From the NCBI GenBank assembly GCA_964106645.2, contig OZ067043.1: a stretch of DNA of 64,000 nt; one strand, written 5' to 3'. The DNA is from Podarcis pityusensis. Its lineage: Eukaryota. Made by a program: the position numbers and the translations under genes. The notes beneath the pieces were generated by a model. The model ran no database searches. It saw only the letters and a program-made list of their open reading frames with translations, and was not told the origin of the DNA. This document shows positions 22,819 to 37,039 of the stretch, in pieces. Every line of letters begins with the position of its first letter. The stretch's first letter is position 1.

Positions 22819-24925
22819 ATAATAGTCTTATTCATATATTTAAGTGCAGCAGACCAATATAGGTGAACAGGAAGTCTAACAACTCTCAGGAAGAGTGAGG
22901 AGACTGGGAATTCAAACAGACTCAGATTACAGTGTATAAACTTTCTCCTAGGACGCTACATCCTCCATACAGATAATTATTCTCTTTGCCTGAGAATAGA
23001 AGTGTGAGAAAAGGAAAGCACTGATGCAACACGGACTAGATCGTCTTTCCAGATGTCTTTTCCAGATGTTCTTATAACTGTACAAATGGAGGATCTTCAA
23101 AAGGACTGCTTCAAACACTGTAAATTCCCACATGGAAAGCACTTCATATGCATTGCCTAATATTTAAGCTCTGCTAAAATACCATTAATAAAACTCACCC
23201 ATCAACCCACACCCAGTTCAGAACTCTTCCTAGGGTGTGGTGGAGGCTAATGATTATGACCCTATCCTTTCATCAACATTTATGGTATATAAAGCTGCAG
23301 TGTATATTACAGGACAAACCTTGGTCTTTGTTATACCAGCATTTGAGGGAGATATGCCTATAATTATTTCTGTGAAGATGATAAGTCTACCACTCCTTCA
23401 ATCTATCATGTGCTATAAGCATGCATAGGTGCTATTGTTCCTTAAAGGTATCTGGACAAAAGCATGAATATACCTGCCAGATCACTGTTAACTGGCCAAA
23501 ATGAGGAAGGTGTGAAGTTTCAGCAGAACCATTTGTATTTCCCCCAGTTATTTGTGTAACAAATGGTTGTATTCTGAATACAATTTTAATTTTGGTTTCA
23601 ATTTGGGCTTCGAGAGGGGCAGGAACTCAATTTAAAAATTACCAATGCAACGCAGTGGACTAGAATTCATTCCAGCTTTGTTTTATTCTGTCACCAAGCT
23701 ATTTCCTTTGCATCACTGCTTCTTTCTAATGCCACCCCCCTGGCATTATTACAGGGGATTTGGATAATGTATTCCAGATATTCCACTGCTACTCAGGGTC
23801 AACCAATGCAATGCAGAGCTTTTAACCACTAGAATCCAAGAATTGAATGCAAAGGCAATTTTAAAATAGAAAAAAAAAATTGCCAGCCTGTTCTTCTACC
23901 TGATTAAAATGTGGTCAGTACCTTTCTGTATAAAAAAAACAAATTGCACAAGCACAGAAACAAAAATGCCACTGGTGCACAGTTTCAACATCAGCTTTTA
24001 TCCTTTGCATCATGGTACCAGCTGCACTTGAGGGCATATAGGATAACCTTTCACTTTTCAGAAAGTAAAAATATTTATTTGCCAGAGCTTGTTGCAACTG
24101 GTAAATTTGCCGAAGCAGGTGGACATGCTGGAACATTTGAAAATTCAAAGGCCTGTTGCCTATTCCTCTTACAGCGCACACCACTGCTTGAACCCTAACA
24201 GCTAAAAGTGGCATCTTTTGCAAGAGAAACAAGGCAGGGCTCTCTGCTTTGCTTGCCCACAAAATAAAAAATAAAAGATCCTGAACTTGTGCTGCATACC
24301 AGCATGGTGGGTCCACTACCCAGGCCTCTATGGTGAGAAAATAATTAGGGGCAATGGTCAGTTCTATCCCCTCCTTATCTTGAAAAAAGATATTTGCACA
24401 ACTTTCTTGCTAGGGGGAATAGGGCTGGCTCCCTATGCCAGGTCATGTACACAATAAGCTGAATATACCTAGTCCAGGGAGATACATTCCAGCAGCTGGT
24501 GTTAAGACAACTAAGGCAAATATGTTTGCTAAGGCAAACCCATTCCACATATCTGTTCCTCAAGAATTGAAGACCAGCCCAAATGCACATTTTGAAGTAG
24601 CCAGATGCTAAGTCAGCTCACTGTTGCACATAGACCATTACCTACTGGTCTATTACTCAGACTAGCTGTGGCTCTCCAGGTTATGATCATTCCCAGCCCT
24701 GCTAGCAAAGTTCCTTTTCACTAGAGGTGCCAGGGATGGAACTTGGGACGCTCTTTATGCAAAGTGTGTTGTTCTGCCAGTGAGCTGCAGGGTCTTCCTT
24801 GATGGGGTTAAGAGAAAGAGAATGTCGTCCTCAGGTACAAGGTGAAGCAACTACACGAGTGCCCAGCAGTTCAGCCCTTATGGCAGCGCATTTTGCAAGC
24901 TGCTTTGCAGGAAGGTGTTAGGTAC

Positions 24926-24988
24926 CTGGACAGATGACTTCTTGTCTGTCTTCCCAAGAGAACGTGATCCTCTTTTCTTCAGAGAATT
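24926..24988 (-). CDS. MTCL2: MTCL2/SOGA1 exon C (63 nt, 21 aa: NSLKKRGSRSLGKTDKKSSVQ); not in ORF track
   Basis: Read manually: tttcAG|AAT TCT CTG AAG AAA AGA GGA...GTC CAG|GTACC. Resembles SOGA1 'SLKKRGTRSLGKADKKTLVQ' (recalled) and bridges exons B and D in frame. Confidence 0.93.
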
Positions 24989-25825
24989 CTGAAACAGAAG
25001 AGGTAATGCAAAGGATAGTTATTTACTGAATTTATTTCCAGCAAAGTTTCACAATAGGTTGCACACATTGATCAAAATAATTTTTACATGATGAATCTGT
25101 TAAAGAGGCAATGTGTTTAAGTAATATGAGCCCTTCATTAATGAAATATTGTGAATTATATGGATATTTAATCAAAGTATTCATTTTCATAACTTCATCA
25201 CTATATCCTACCATATTGTCTTTTATTACAACCCATATATTTCTTTGTTCTTCAGGACTTATCAAAACCATACCAAGCAATATATTATAGAAAGAGTCTG
25301 CATTTCCACAAATTTATTCTATTTTAGACCCATTTCTCTTGACCTTATATAGTATTTTGACATTAAAGCCAAATCCTAAAGTTTGTTGATCCAGTCACCA
25401 GCTGGGAGTACTTTTAGGGGCTTTCCTTTTTTTTTAGCATTCTACATTTTTACTCCCAGAATCATATATGAGTTTAATTCTGTATGTTTTGTATTTATTG
25501 AATGACACATATAATTTAGCAACAAAATTAATGGCGCTGTATTATATTGTAATGTCTCAGATATTAACTTTGTAATAATCTTTCATCACACACAAAAATG
25601 GAATTAAAAAAACTAGAAAACGAGCTGAGGCGCTATTAACAGGCACAAGTCCTTAACATATTCCTCCTCCTTTTCTATCACCGTGAGTAGGGGCATTATC
25701 CTTCACCCACAAACTTCTGTAGAAACTGACATGGCTGGAGTCCGTAACGGTCTGAGATTCCACTCCCCCACCCTTTAAAAAAAGAGAGAGAGTATTTTTG
25801 CCCAACAGCAATAGTATGCATAATA

Positions 25826-26049
25826 CAGTGGTGCTTCGGTTTTCGAACATCTCAGTTGATGAATATTTTGGTTTTGAACGCACCTCGGAAGTCAAACATG
25901 CCACGCGGCTTACGCTGAGTATGAGATCCTGGGGCCTAGCTGTTGAGTTTTCGGTTTTCGAACGTTTCAGAACTCGAATGGTCTTCGAACGTTTCAGAAC
26001 TCGAATGGTCTTCAAGAATGGATTACATTCGAAAACCGAGGTACCACTG
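25826..26049. mobile_element. Tc1/mariner-type MITE with TA TSD and an internal 27-bp tandem duplication
   Basis: TA|CAGTGGTGCTTCGGTTTTCGAA ... TTCGAAAACCGAGGTACCACTG|TA; TTCGAACGTTTCAGAACTCGAATGGTC occurs twice in tandem. Confidence 0.85.
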
Positions 26050-29000
26050 TAGTACTTAACTTTTAAAAAGGAATCTGACAAGACATTTCCTAAGACTGGC
26101 AAGGCTTCACTAAACTTTGACCATTTCATGAGAATCCAAGCAGGAAGAGTGAAGGAATTCAGTATAAGTGAAGCTGAGAAGGCTTTTCTTGAGACTTGCC
26201 ACTTTCAATGGAGCCCAGTGAGGGTGGGACAGTGAAGGAAATGGCCATGCGACTGAAAAGTATGGTAATGCAGTGTATATCTCGTTATTAACAATCATCA
26301 GTCACATCGCAACAGCATTTAATTTGAATCTAGTTTTAAGGAAGGTTGCACTGGCATCTGGAGTAGGCAAGCATAGCGCACCTTCTGCATAAACTGGAGT
26401 AGGTGTGGACCACAGGGCTGGACCATAATGGTAGAAGTGGAACAATTGCACCAAAGCCTATGTCTGTCTGCAAGGGGCCATCTTGCCTCCATTTACTCAC
26501 TGCTATTGCACCCACTGTCTGCCTCGCGGCCTCTGTCTGTTGTGGTATACAAATATGTATAATAAAACTAACAAATGATTTTAATTCAGTATGGGTTTTG
26601 GAGTTTTTAAAGTTCCTGCACTCCTTTGGGGGATGGGGAGGGACCCTTTCTGAAAACTGCACCTTGGTCTTTGCCATCACCTTAATCCAACCTTGGGTGT
26701 TATGCTTTTCCAGCTTTAAATGTCACAACTTGCATTCAGGTGTGCTATGCATTAATAGAAGCCAGTGGATGAGGGTGGGTGGGATATTCCCAAGTGATAA
26801 TTAAAGCTCTTGGAAATCCATGCGTGACTTTTGTTGAAAACTCTCATTTTGATCTGGGCAGGCACAATTCCTGTGCGCAAAGCCAGAAGAGCAGCATACA
26901 CAAATGACTCTAGCTTTCCTGACAAAATTGGAAAGTAGAAGCCACTTCGTATGGGAATCGACACATCTCTATAGCCAAGTGGTGTCGTCTGACATTTGGA
27001 GAGCAGCAGAAACACATCCTACATACAAACACAAAGGAAAGGAAAGCGCTGTAGAGAATAAGGTGCCATATCTGAGATATCAAAGGTCGAGATTTCTTTA
27101 TAAAGGGCTAGAAAGCTTTGAAGATTCTTGATCATATGGGCACAACCTGGCTATTCATAGTCTAGACATGTGCTTTCAAGTTGGAGAAAAGAATAACAGT
27201 GCAAGGTCCAATGAAAAAAAGATTACATCTTAATCACCTGGGCTGAAGCTTTACAGAAAAACCACCTTTGCAAGGCTCAGACAAAAAGCAAGCAGTTGAT
27301 TATAACCCTATATTTCCAAGTCACGATGCTCCCCACAAACTAGGGTCTCCTCCCTTCTATTTGCACGTTAAACCACTTTTGGGGGGGTTGAATTAATGCC
27401 CCAGTAGCCTAGTAATCATTGGAATGCCTTATTCGCCAGGTAGTTAACAAACCAGATTAAGTCTTCCAACAAAACAAGACATAGAAGTATTCAGAGATTC
27501 TATTCACTCTCCCAGTAGAACACTGAACTGGGGAGATGACAATGAAGCCATCAATTTAGAACCCAACTGTTGTGTTCACATTATGTTGTATAGGAATTGG
27601 TAACATCCAGTGATGAAAGCTATCATTATTCTGTGCCAAGCAAGTAGCAGGGGGCACACTGGGTTGTTCAATGTTCAGAATTCCTCTGATTATCTGATGC
27701 TGGGAATAAACAATGGCAGAGCTGCTTGCCTTCATACCCTGCCTTTGTCTGATTCAGCAAGATAACATGTATGTCCAGATTCCAAAGGAACAAGGATCGT
27801 ACAATTTTAAAGTGGCTTTAGAAATTGGCTGTGCTTGATTCAGAACTTCCTCTCCCTCCTCCTTTTGTCAGGAGCTGCTAGGATCTGTGGGGTGGCTGCC
27901 CCATATAGTGAACCACTGGAATCAGAGGTTGCAGCCTTTTTGGAAAAGAACCAGAGAGAAATAGCACATTCCTTCGGTTGTTCTTCAGTCCTGACTTCTG
28001 ACTTGCTCTATGTCTATGGCTTCTTACTTGACTTGCCCTCACACTGGCAAGTCCCACAGCCCAGCCCTGGCATCCTCATAACAGATGACAGCACAATCCT
28101 AACCAGGTCTACTCAAACATAAGCCCTAATAGGGTTCTAGTCAAGTAAGTGGGTTCAGTGTATCAGCCTATCTGCCACCCTTTGTGTCAGAGAAGAAGAA
28201 GCCTATGTGGTCACAGGGGATACCACATTTGTCTTGGGAGTGTGGAGACCTGGGCTTAAATTCCAGCTCAGCCAGGGATTCATTGGGCAGAAAGAGGTAC
28301 GCTGCCATCACCAAGCCTCATTCCCCCACCAGCAAGTCTGAAATAAAACACAAATTTGCTGTGGTTTTGATTAGGATTATAATGCCATGGAGAATAGGGC
28401 TATCAATGACTGCTAGCCACAATGGCTATCTTCTAACTCTGCTTTTGGAGGTATGTCTCTGGATGCCAAGTCACTGGGAATCGTAAGCGGGAAGAGTGCT
28501 GCTCTGCTCCGTTCCTTCTTGCAGGTTTCTCACAGGCACCTGGTTAACCACTGTGAGAACAGGATGCTAGATAGGTCATTGGCCTGATCCAGCACAGCTC
28601 TCCTTATAAGACATCTGATCCCCTCAAATTTATTCTATTACTAGGTAAGACTATAGCTTTTCGCTGGGCCAGCTTTTGAAGCTCCAAATCTTGTAAATAC
28701 TTGCCAATAAAAGGTTTCTCCTTGCCTAATTTATGTCTCTCTTCTGCCTCCTAACAAGCACCTCCTCACTCCACAGGAGAGACGGAATGCAGCCAGTGCT
28801 ATTAAAAAGCTCGCTATAATGAAAAGCTGGTCTGCCTCTCCCACCCTCTAATACTCCCACAAAGCGTTCAGTAAACCAAGCAGGGAGATACGCATCAATA
28901 AAAGTCATAACACAGGTCAGAATGATGCCCCTTGGACGCCATTCTGTCCACATATAGTGAGCCAAAAATATTCAAAAGCTGGTGCTACAGCTCCATAGCC

Positions 29001-30562
29001 AAGAAATGCAGCTGTGAAATGTGAGCCGCTGCTTGTGCCAACGCTCAGAGATCCAGGCCACTCCTATTAAGGACAAACCTATTCTTCAAAAGCCACAGCT
29101 TCTCTCAGTGGCTTGGCACACCCTAGACGGCAAGCTGGAGGTCCAAGGGAGGGATATGGAGACAGCAGCACCCGAACGGTGCTGCTTGATCCCATCTCCA
29201 GTAGTAAATGATCCCTGATGAGGTTGGTGAGCCAGCCATTCCAGCTCCCACCCTTCCACACAAGCCAAAAAAAGAACAAGCCAGTGATGAATTTCACCAA
29301 GGCCAAGAACACACACCCAGCAAGCTGCCTGTGAGATAGAGGCTAGCTGGCTCTGTTTGCCGGACAGACAGATTTGGGGGGTCCCTTCTGCAACAGTCTA
29401 GAATTCCTTGTAGTGCTTTAGCACTTCCAGCCTCCACAGACTATGGCAACCCATTCTGGTGGTCTCCACTCAGAGCTACAGGTATTTTGTAATTATGCAG
29501 TGGTCATATATTTCTGTAAACTGCCTTGAGTGTTTGTTTGTGTGTGTGTTTTTACAACCAACAGTGTATAAATTATTTGAAATAAGTAATAAATAAATGC
29601 ATGTTTTTATGGTTTATTTATTGGACAAAGGACCCAGCATTCTGAATACCGAGCTCTTAAAAGCTGAAGAGTGTACGAATAATGCACAGGGTAGTAGAAG
29701 AAGGGGTCAGAGGATTTCCACTGGTTGGGGTGTGTGTGTGTGTCTTTAATGACCTTCACCATGATTACCAAAAGCACAACGATGCAAGCAAGTGATCATG
29801 TGCAAGGATGCAATTTTTAAAAATTTTTAAAAAGCAAGAGAGAAATGTGCAAAACGCAAAATAAATTGCAGAACGAAGTTGGGGTTTTTTTTGCATAGGA
29901 CATGGCTCACTATGAGTCAGGAGTCCAATGTTTGTTTTATCACTGAATATGTACAAGTGCAGAACAAATAGCTGGTTTTCCACAATGAGTGAGGGGTGTA
30001 AGAAAGGGAAATGCCCCCCCCATTTTTCCAGGGGAACTTCCTGTCGATGGACATGCTGCATCAGCAGTGCAGGACAATATAATAGTTATAGTCACTCTGT
30101 CATCACAACAAGCAATTCCCATGACCAGCATTGCGTTGCCGAGTTGGCTACCACCAACATAAGCCAGACTGGATCTGGCTGGTTTTATAACTGCTTTGGC
30201 TGCCCTGCTGTTTTCAATGCCCCCCTTTTTTTTGCTGCAGTTTGTGCACATTCGATAGCAAAAGCTAACAAATGTGATTAAATGTGACTGCTACCATGTT
30301 GATGCAACCAGACACACACATAAGCTCCCTTTCAGACCCCTCCAGGCTCCAGCATAAACAAGTCTTTCTGAATCCCTCCCTCCTGCAAGACAAATGAAGC
30401 CACAGGTGCAAACAGTGCGCGTGACAATTAATTGGCCTTTCCAACACTTATCCAATTATCAGAGATGCTCCCTCCAGCTGGAGAATAATCAGCACATAAT
30501 CCCCTTAGGAGCAAGCCCCCTCCCACTGCTCAGAAGCCTTCCAGAGGTAGTTTGTGCATGCC

Positions 30563-30652
30563 CATAGCTGTCAACTTTTCCCTTTTCTTGCAAGGAATCC
30601 TATTTGAAATAAGGGGATTTCCCTTTTAAAAAGGGAAACATTGACAACTATG
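30563..30652. mobile_element. 90-bp hAT-type mini-element with 8-bp TSD
   Basis: TIRs CATAGCTGTCAA / TTGACAACTATG; TSD TGCATGCC at 30555-30562 and 30653-30660. Confidence 0.8.
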
Positions 30653-31358
30653 TGCATGCCTGAGCGCCATTCTGTAGGTTAACAGGGAAATGCAAAAGAC
30701 AATGGATGGGATAACTGAAGCTGCACTGCAGGCAATAGACCCTAAACTGATTGTTTTCTGGAGTCTCCACCTCAAACATGTATTGAAGAAATGCAACTGC
30801 TCCAAGTTTGCACCTAGCTGGTTTCTTCTTAGAGCAGACTAGAATGGTGGTGCACTTGGAACCATTGCCAAGGATGATGGTATAAATAGGCTGCTGAAAG
30901 GTGTGAATATCCTAAGGGAAGCCAGCTGGATTTCATCGACAGCCATCACCCAAATATTTGTGCTGCCTGCACTTTAAAAAAATGTAAGCGATTCAATGCT
31001 GAGTCCCTAAGCCTAGAAGAAGAAGCTTCCCCTCCCCACCCACCAGCATTTGAAAAAGGAAGCTGCCTTACCTGCCCACTGAAAAAGGAATGCATTAAAA
31101 AGTAACAGGTTTGCAAAGATTTAAAAGGGAGCCTACCCAAATAAATGATCAACCTTTGGTTAAGTTGATAAAAATATGACAAACTGACCCCTTCATGCAA
31201 TACACATGTGGAGGGGGCTGCTTGTGTCTTAATGAACTTGTTTCCGATGACAAACAAGAATCTTGGGACAGCTGCATATTGTGGCAGGTCACTGAAAAAT
31301 TGCAAAACATAGTAGCTGCAGAAAATCCAGGAGAAAGTATACCAATTTTTTGGAAAGA

Positions 31359-31875
31359 ACAACAGCAGCAAGAATGTTTATCACCAAAGACTGGAAGGGA
31401 GAGAAAACCCCAAAGAAGGAGGAATGGCAGATAAAATTGTTTGATTATTTGGAACTTGCAAAAATGACAGAAACAATCAGGAATCAAACAAACCAAAAGT
31501 TTATAAAGGAATGTGAGTGTATTTTAAAAAACATTGTTCCCAACTAAAATCTTTAGTATGCTTGGATTAATTTTCGTAGATTACAATGATTAATAAATAA
31601 TGTATTGGATATAACATAGATTATGATAAAGAACACAGTAAAAGGGGAAGGGGAGAAAAAAGGGGGGGAAAGACCCGCAGTGAGGTAGATGGAAGTCACC
31701 TGTAAAAAGTAGAAGACTATTTAGTCAAGATTTAAGATCCTGAAGACATATGGTGTTGAAGATTTTCATTAAGTATGGGCGTTTCTTCATGATCTTTTTT
31801 CTGTGTATTTTGTGTATCTTGTGTTGTTTTGAAGATGAATTAAATACTTGTAATATCTAATGAAACTAATAAAAA
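31359..31875 (+). mobile_element. L1-type LINE 3' fragment
   Basis: TTAARMFITKDWKGEKTPKKEEWQIKLFDYLELAKMTETIRNQ is a squamate L1 ORF2-like C-terminus. AT-rich 3' UTR with AATAAA at 31868. Confidence 0.8.
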
Positions 31876-32913
31876 GCATTGTTTGTTTGTCTGTTTGTTT
31901 GTTTGTTTTGCAAAACAGGGATTCTGTGATTAGATATTAAGTCAAATGCCTCTTGGCAAGGAACCTTGGGGAACCTACTGAAGAGCTTTCCAACGTGATC
32001 CAGAAAGCCAACAAGTTCTATTCTCATTTTTCAAGATATATTCCAGGGGTGGAAGAAGAGGAAGGCATGGCAGCAGAAAGAAAAACTGGGCTGCAATGTG
32101 TTCCAGTCCTTCACTTTCACAACGACGCTGCTACTACACTCCCTCCCTCCCTCCCTCCCTCTGTGTGTGTGTTTGTGTACACACACACCATCCAAGTCAT
32201 CTGTATGCAACACCAACTGTTCGGGTTTCTGTGTACACACATCATGTGACTCCAGTCTGGCATGCTGGCCACAGGACAACCCTCTCCTCGCCTTCATCAC
32301 CCATCTCACACTGACAGCTACTGCACTTCTTTTCACTTGCTATTCAGATCATGCACACAGACTGCTCAGAAACCAATCTCATGCCCATTAGTACTGCCTG
32401 CTGTGTGGATGGGCAGACAGGCTGCCTAGAGAACAATAGGCAAAGAGAAAAGCTGCAAGTCCTATCCAATATTGTTATGGAGGGCTGAGGCTTCTAAGCT
32501 GCCCTTGCGGCCATTTGCTCTGTTCTGACATTTGTCCTAGGCATTACTGCAGGGATTTACAGGTCCACTTGCACCCACTAACATTTCTCCATACAGCTGT
32601 GCAAGTGGATACAGAACTTCAGGAATAAAAAATTTAAAGAGTAGGAAAGGGGTTCCAGCAGCCTGTCACCATGGCTGTGGTCAAGGAAACGGCTGTGTGT
32701 TCCCTATGCACACACCAGCCTTTCTTCATACCCACATTTATAATTGCATATTGGAAATTGTCAATAAGAGCCTGTTGCAAGTCTGTTAGCCATTCACATG
32801 ATTAGGGACAAACCCCCATGTATCTGCAAAGAGAATTGAAGACTGAGAGAAGGCAAGATGCCGCAGTAGAACCAAACTGCCCACTAGCAGCAATTCTAAG
32901 TCAGGGCAAAGAA

Positions 32914-33052
32914 CTATTATTATTATTATTATTAAAATTTATATACTGCCCTATACCCACAGGTCTTACGGCAGTTCACAGGATAAAATCACAATATAAA
33001 AACACAAAATACATAATCAAAATAAAAACAAGAACAACCCAATAACCCCCCG
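32914..33052 (-). mobile_element. LINE (probably L2-type) 3' tail with (TAT)n microsatellite
   Basis: (TAT)n followed by aaatttatatactgccctatacccacagg..., the inverse of a common squamate LINE terminus. (CA)n follows at about 33082-33103. Confidence 0.55.
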
Positions 33053-34469
33053 CAATTAATCAGGGAGGGAAAATAGAATTTCACACACACACACACACAC
33101 ACAAAATATCTGTAATAAAACATATAAAAATAAGCACCCATCAGGTATCATCAAGGAGCAAATTAATTGATCAATTTAACTGTCTTTCAAATCAAAACAT
33201 TTTAGCCATTGGGTTTTTTCCAATTGCAATGATTCAAAGATGCTCTTTGATCCAGTGGATCAAAGCCTACAACATGCAGAAGGGCTGGCTGGGCATTTCC
33301 TATGTGTTAGTTTTATTTGCTAGAAGATTTAAGTTCACACAGAAACAGCACTGCAAGTGCAACAGAGTACTGCTCCGGAAGGGTTTAGTTTTATAGAAAA
33401 AAGGTAATACCAAGGTATGTCAACTTTGGGCTAAAAAACCTGGTCATTGTATTTTTTAATGCAGAATGAATCAGGATAGTAAAGCAAGGGAGTTTGCCTG
33501 GCCTGACTCCAACTAGGGTAATTCCATGTTGCAGACACTTAACTCTTGCTGTGACTGCAACTGGAAACCAAATTCCTTTTGGCCTACTGCCCTGACCTCA
33601 CACACAGTTCCATTCTACACCACATTTGTGAGCACCAAGAACTGGTTGCTCTCCCTTAAGATAATCCTGTAGGGAGCTATTGAACATGCATGTTTTGTCA
33701 GCTTTGCTACCTAGCACTTCAGCAAGCCCCAACTATTTTATGTTACACTGCCACTTTCCTGCAGTGAAGTGCCTAAATACAGCATCATTAGAACTATACA
33801 GCATAGTGGTACCAGAAGACCGTTATGCTGAGAGACCAGAAACAGAACCTGATGCCAAGGAGATTGTTAGTGGTCTGAGATCCATTCATCTACACTTCCA
33901 TGACCCCATTTGACTGCAAGCCATCAAATGGATATGAGAAGTGCCTAAACTATACATAGTTTCTCTTGGAGGAAGCAAGGATATGGCACATTCCAGCTGC
34001 TAGCAGCAAACACAAGAACCCAAAGGGCAGACATGAAAAAGATAAGACCACAATGTGTTTTAAATGGTTAGCCTAAAGCTATTGATCACCATCAACCACA
34101 GGTCAATACTCCATTTTGCTTTGTTCTTCCTCAACTTTGTAGGAAAGGTTGACTATACGTAGTTCTCTTTTACTGCTTGCATTTGATTTCCCAGAATTGA
34201 AATTACAGCTTCCATTCAATTCCAATGATTCATAATGTAGAGTCCAAGAGAAGCCCTCCCTTCCTAAAGAACCTCAGCTTCAATCATCTGGCTAGGATGC
34301 AACTAGGGGATATGGTACCGCTCTTATCTGGAGGACAGTTCCCAGAACATGATGCTGGAGAACTGACTCTTGGCTGCATGGCCACTAGCCTATGGTGTTC
34401 CTTGAGGCTTCCTTTTGCTTCTGTTGCTGTTTAATATCCACATTAAAACACTAGCAGAGTTGTCTGTGG

Positions 34470-35030
34470 ATTTGGGGTTGGGTGCCATCAGCATCTCACT
34501 TTTTCAGCAGATACCAGGGAGGTGGTAGAAGTTCTGAAATGTTGTTTGAGCGTAGTTGCAGGCTGGATGTGAGCAAATGTGTTATCCGGACAAGATGGAA
34601 GTGCTGTTGTTTAATAGGAAGACTAGTTCAGGATTAGGTGTACAGCTCATTCTGGATGGAGTTGCACTCTGCTTGAAGAGTCAGGATCAGAGTTTGAGGG
34701 TGCTCCTTCATCTGGCATTGCCCATAGGACATTTAGCTGGAATGTAAACCCAGGGGTAAGCATCACCTATGTTGCTCCACTCACTTCTGCCTCTTTTCGT
34801 CACTGGTAATGTGGCCCCAGAAGATTGCCTGTTAGAAAATGTGACTCTAAGGCTGGAAGAAACACAAAATACCCCCGTCCTAGGCACTCACAGATAGCCA
34901 CTGCAGCAACTTTGTACATCTTTGGCTAGTGCCCCAGCCCTTTCCTGGAGATCAGCTACACATGCCTTGGTCACACTCAGATTAGATTACTGTAATGTGC
35001 TCCATGTGAAATAGCCCATTGAAAGTGTAT
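34470..35030 (+). mobile_element. Decayed L2 LINE ORF2 fragment split by an insertion at about 34725-34880
   Basis: Remnant motifs PDKMEVLLF, ILDGVALCLKSQDQSLRVLL and HALVTLRLDYCNVL match the L2 RT C-terminal region (NPDKTEVL / LDGV.LPLK..VRSLGV.LD / ALVTSRLDYCNAL). Confidence 0.75.
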
Positions 35031-35303
35031 TAAGGAGAGAAATAAAAGAAAGGGGGGGGGGAGCCAAAGATACAAATCTTTGTACTGTGCCAGTAGATGT
35101 GTGCAAATTTGGAGAAACGGTCTTAGGGAGCCTTAACAAGCAAGCAACTTGATGGTCATCCAAGTTCATGTATTTTGCATGTTTCAGCCACTTCCCAACA
35201 CATGTTTAGAACACAACTTACTAGTAGAAAAGAGGTAAGCAGGAGACCTGGGAAGATGTAATGTTGTAGATTCTATATGCCTTGAGCAAGTCACTCCTCC
35301 TCA

Positions 35304-35564
<261 letters not shown>

Positions 35565-37039
35565 CTATAAACACAGCAAAAAGTAATATGAGGTTTGGTC
35601 CTCAGATCTGATGCACAAGTTAATATTACCAGCAGTAATGACATTGGGCTTTAGATTCTATTTTGATCAGGGCTATATATCCCACCTGACTGTCCCTCTT
35701 CCAAAATCCTCACTGGCATTTAGCTTTCCTGATCTATTTAGAAAGAAACAGATTTTCTTCCAAAATGCATGCTAACATTCAAAATTGCTTAAGCAGGAGC
35801 TATGGCCTGCAGCGTAAAATTGTAGCTAAGCATTTTGCACAGATTTCATTTTTAATCCTTTAATTCAAGTTGTACCAGCATAACTATGTTCAAGATATGA
35901 ACTGAAACAAGAGACACATTTTGCAGGTCCCTCCCTCCTCTTATGTGGCCCAAGACTTTATTCTTAATGAAGAATGCAGCCATCTTGGGAACACAGCATG
36001 GCTTTGTACATTAGAAGAATGCACTGAAAAAGGAAGCAAAAGTGATGCTATCGTACAATAGCAAAAGGATTTGTGCAACTCTTCATAAGGGAGCACAAGA
36101 GTTGTGCCTACATTGAATATATACAGCTTGCCATCTTTGCACAAGAACCAGAAGTATGGAGAAAACCAAATCCTCTTGAATCTCTCTTCTTTGTAGTAAA
36201 CGATGAACCTCCTGTTATTCAGCAGCATTATGGTGTATGCTTTGCTGCACAGCCCCCCCAAAATCAGAACTTTCACAAAAGTTCTATGCCCTTATGTCCA
36301 TGATCTTATGCCCAATGGTTCTTTGAATGCCAGCTTCTCTGGATACAGAAGAGGGAATAACTGTCACATACAAGACTGAGATGCCAGTCACTTCTGAGTT
36401 TGTTCGCTGTGATGGCTGGCAGGTTTTAGATGCACATCAGCAAGTTTCAGAAACTGTGCAAAATGGGAATTAAAGGGAATCTAGACACATTTAGAAACAC
36501 CAAGGTCACCACCTAATAATTCTCTGTGAATCCACAGGCATAGAAGGGAGAACAAGTTGGTGGTGCTACATTATCCTCTCGGAGCTTTCCCCATTGAACC
36601 AGGATAGATTAAAAAAAATATATGTATTGAACTGAAGAGCATGCATCAAATATGAAAGTTACAAACAGGTTCACTAATGTCAATATTAATGGTGCAATGG
36701 GTAGTCTAGCAATTACAGTAGCACCAGCCATACCTACGGTTATGTGTGGATATAAAAAAAAACGTAATTCTCTATCATGGGTGCAGAAGCATCAAATAGG
36801 CTTTGCCACTGGCACTTAGACATGTCAGACTCAGATTGTGCGACCAAAGTATAGCCAGGAAGAGCATTCAGGAGGGAAAGGGTAAGTCAAATGCCAAAGC
36901 TGTAAAATGGGAAAGAACACAATTCATGTGAATGTGTTGAGCAGACTGAATAATAATGAACTTAAACTATTTGAGACTCAGGATTCAGACTTTCAAATGA
37001 AAATGTAAAAAATGGGGCATGGTAGAGCTTTACTGTCTG

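Noticed and set aside
25955-26012. 27-bp direct repeat that could suggest a CRISPR-like array
   Set aside because: Two adjacent units with no spacers, inside a MITE in a vertebrate intron.
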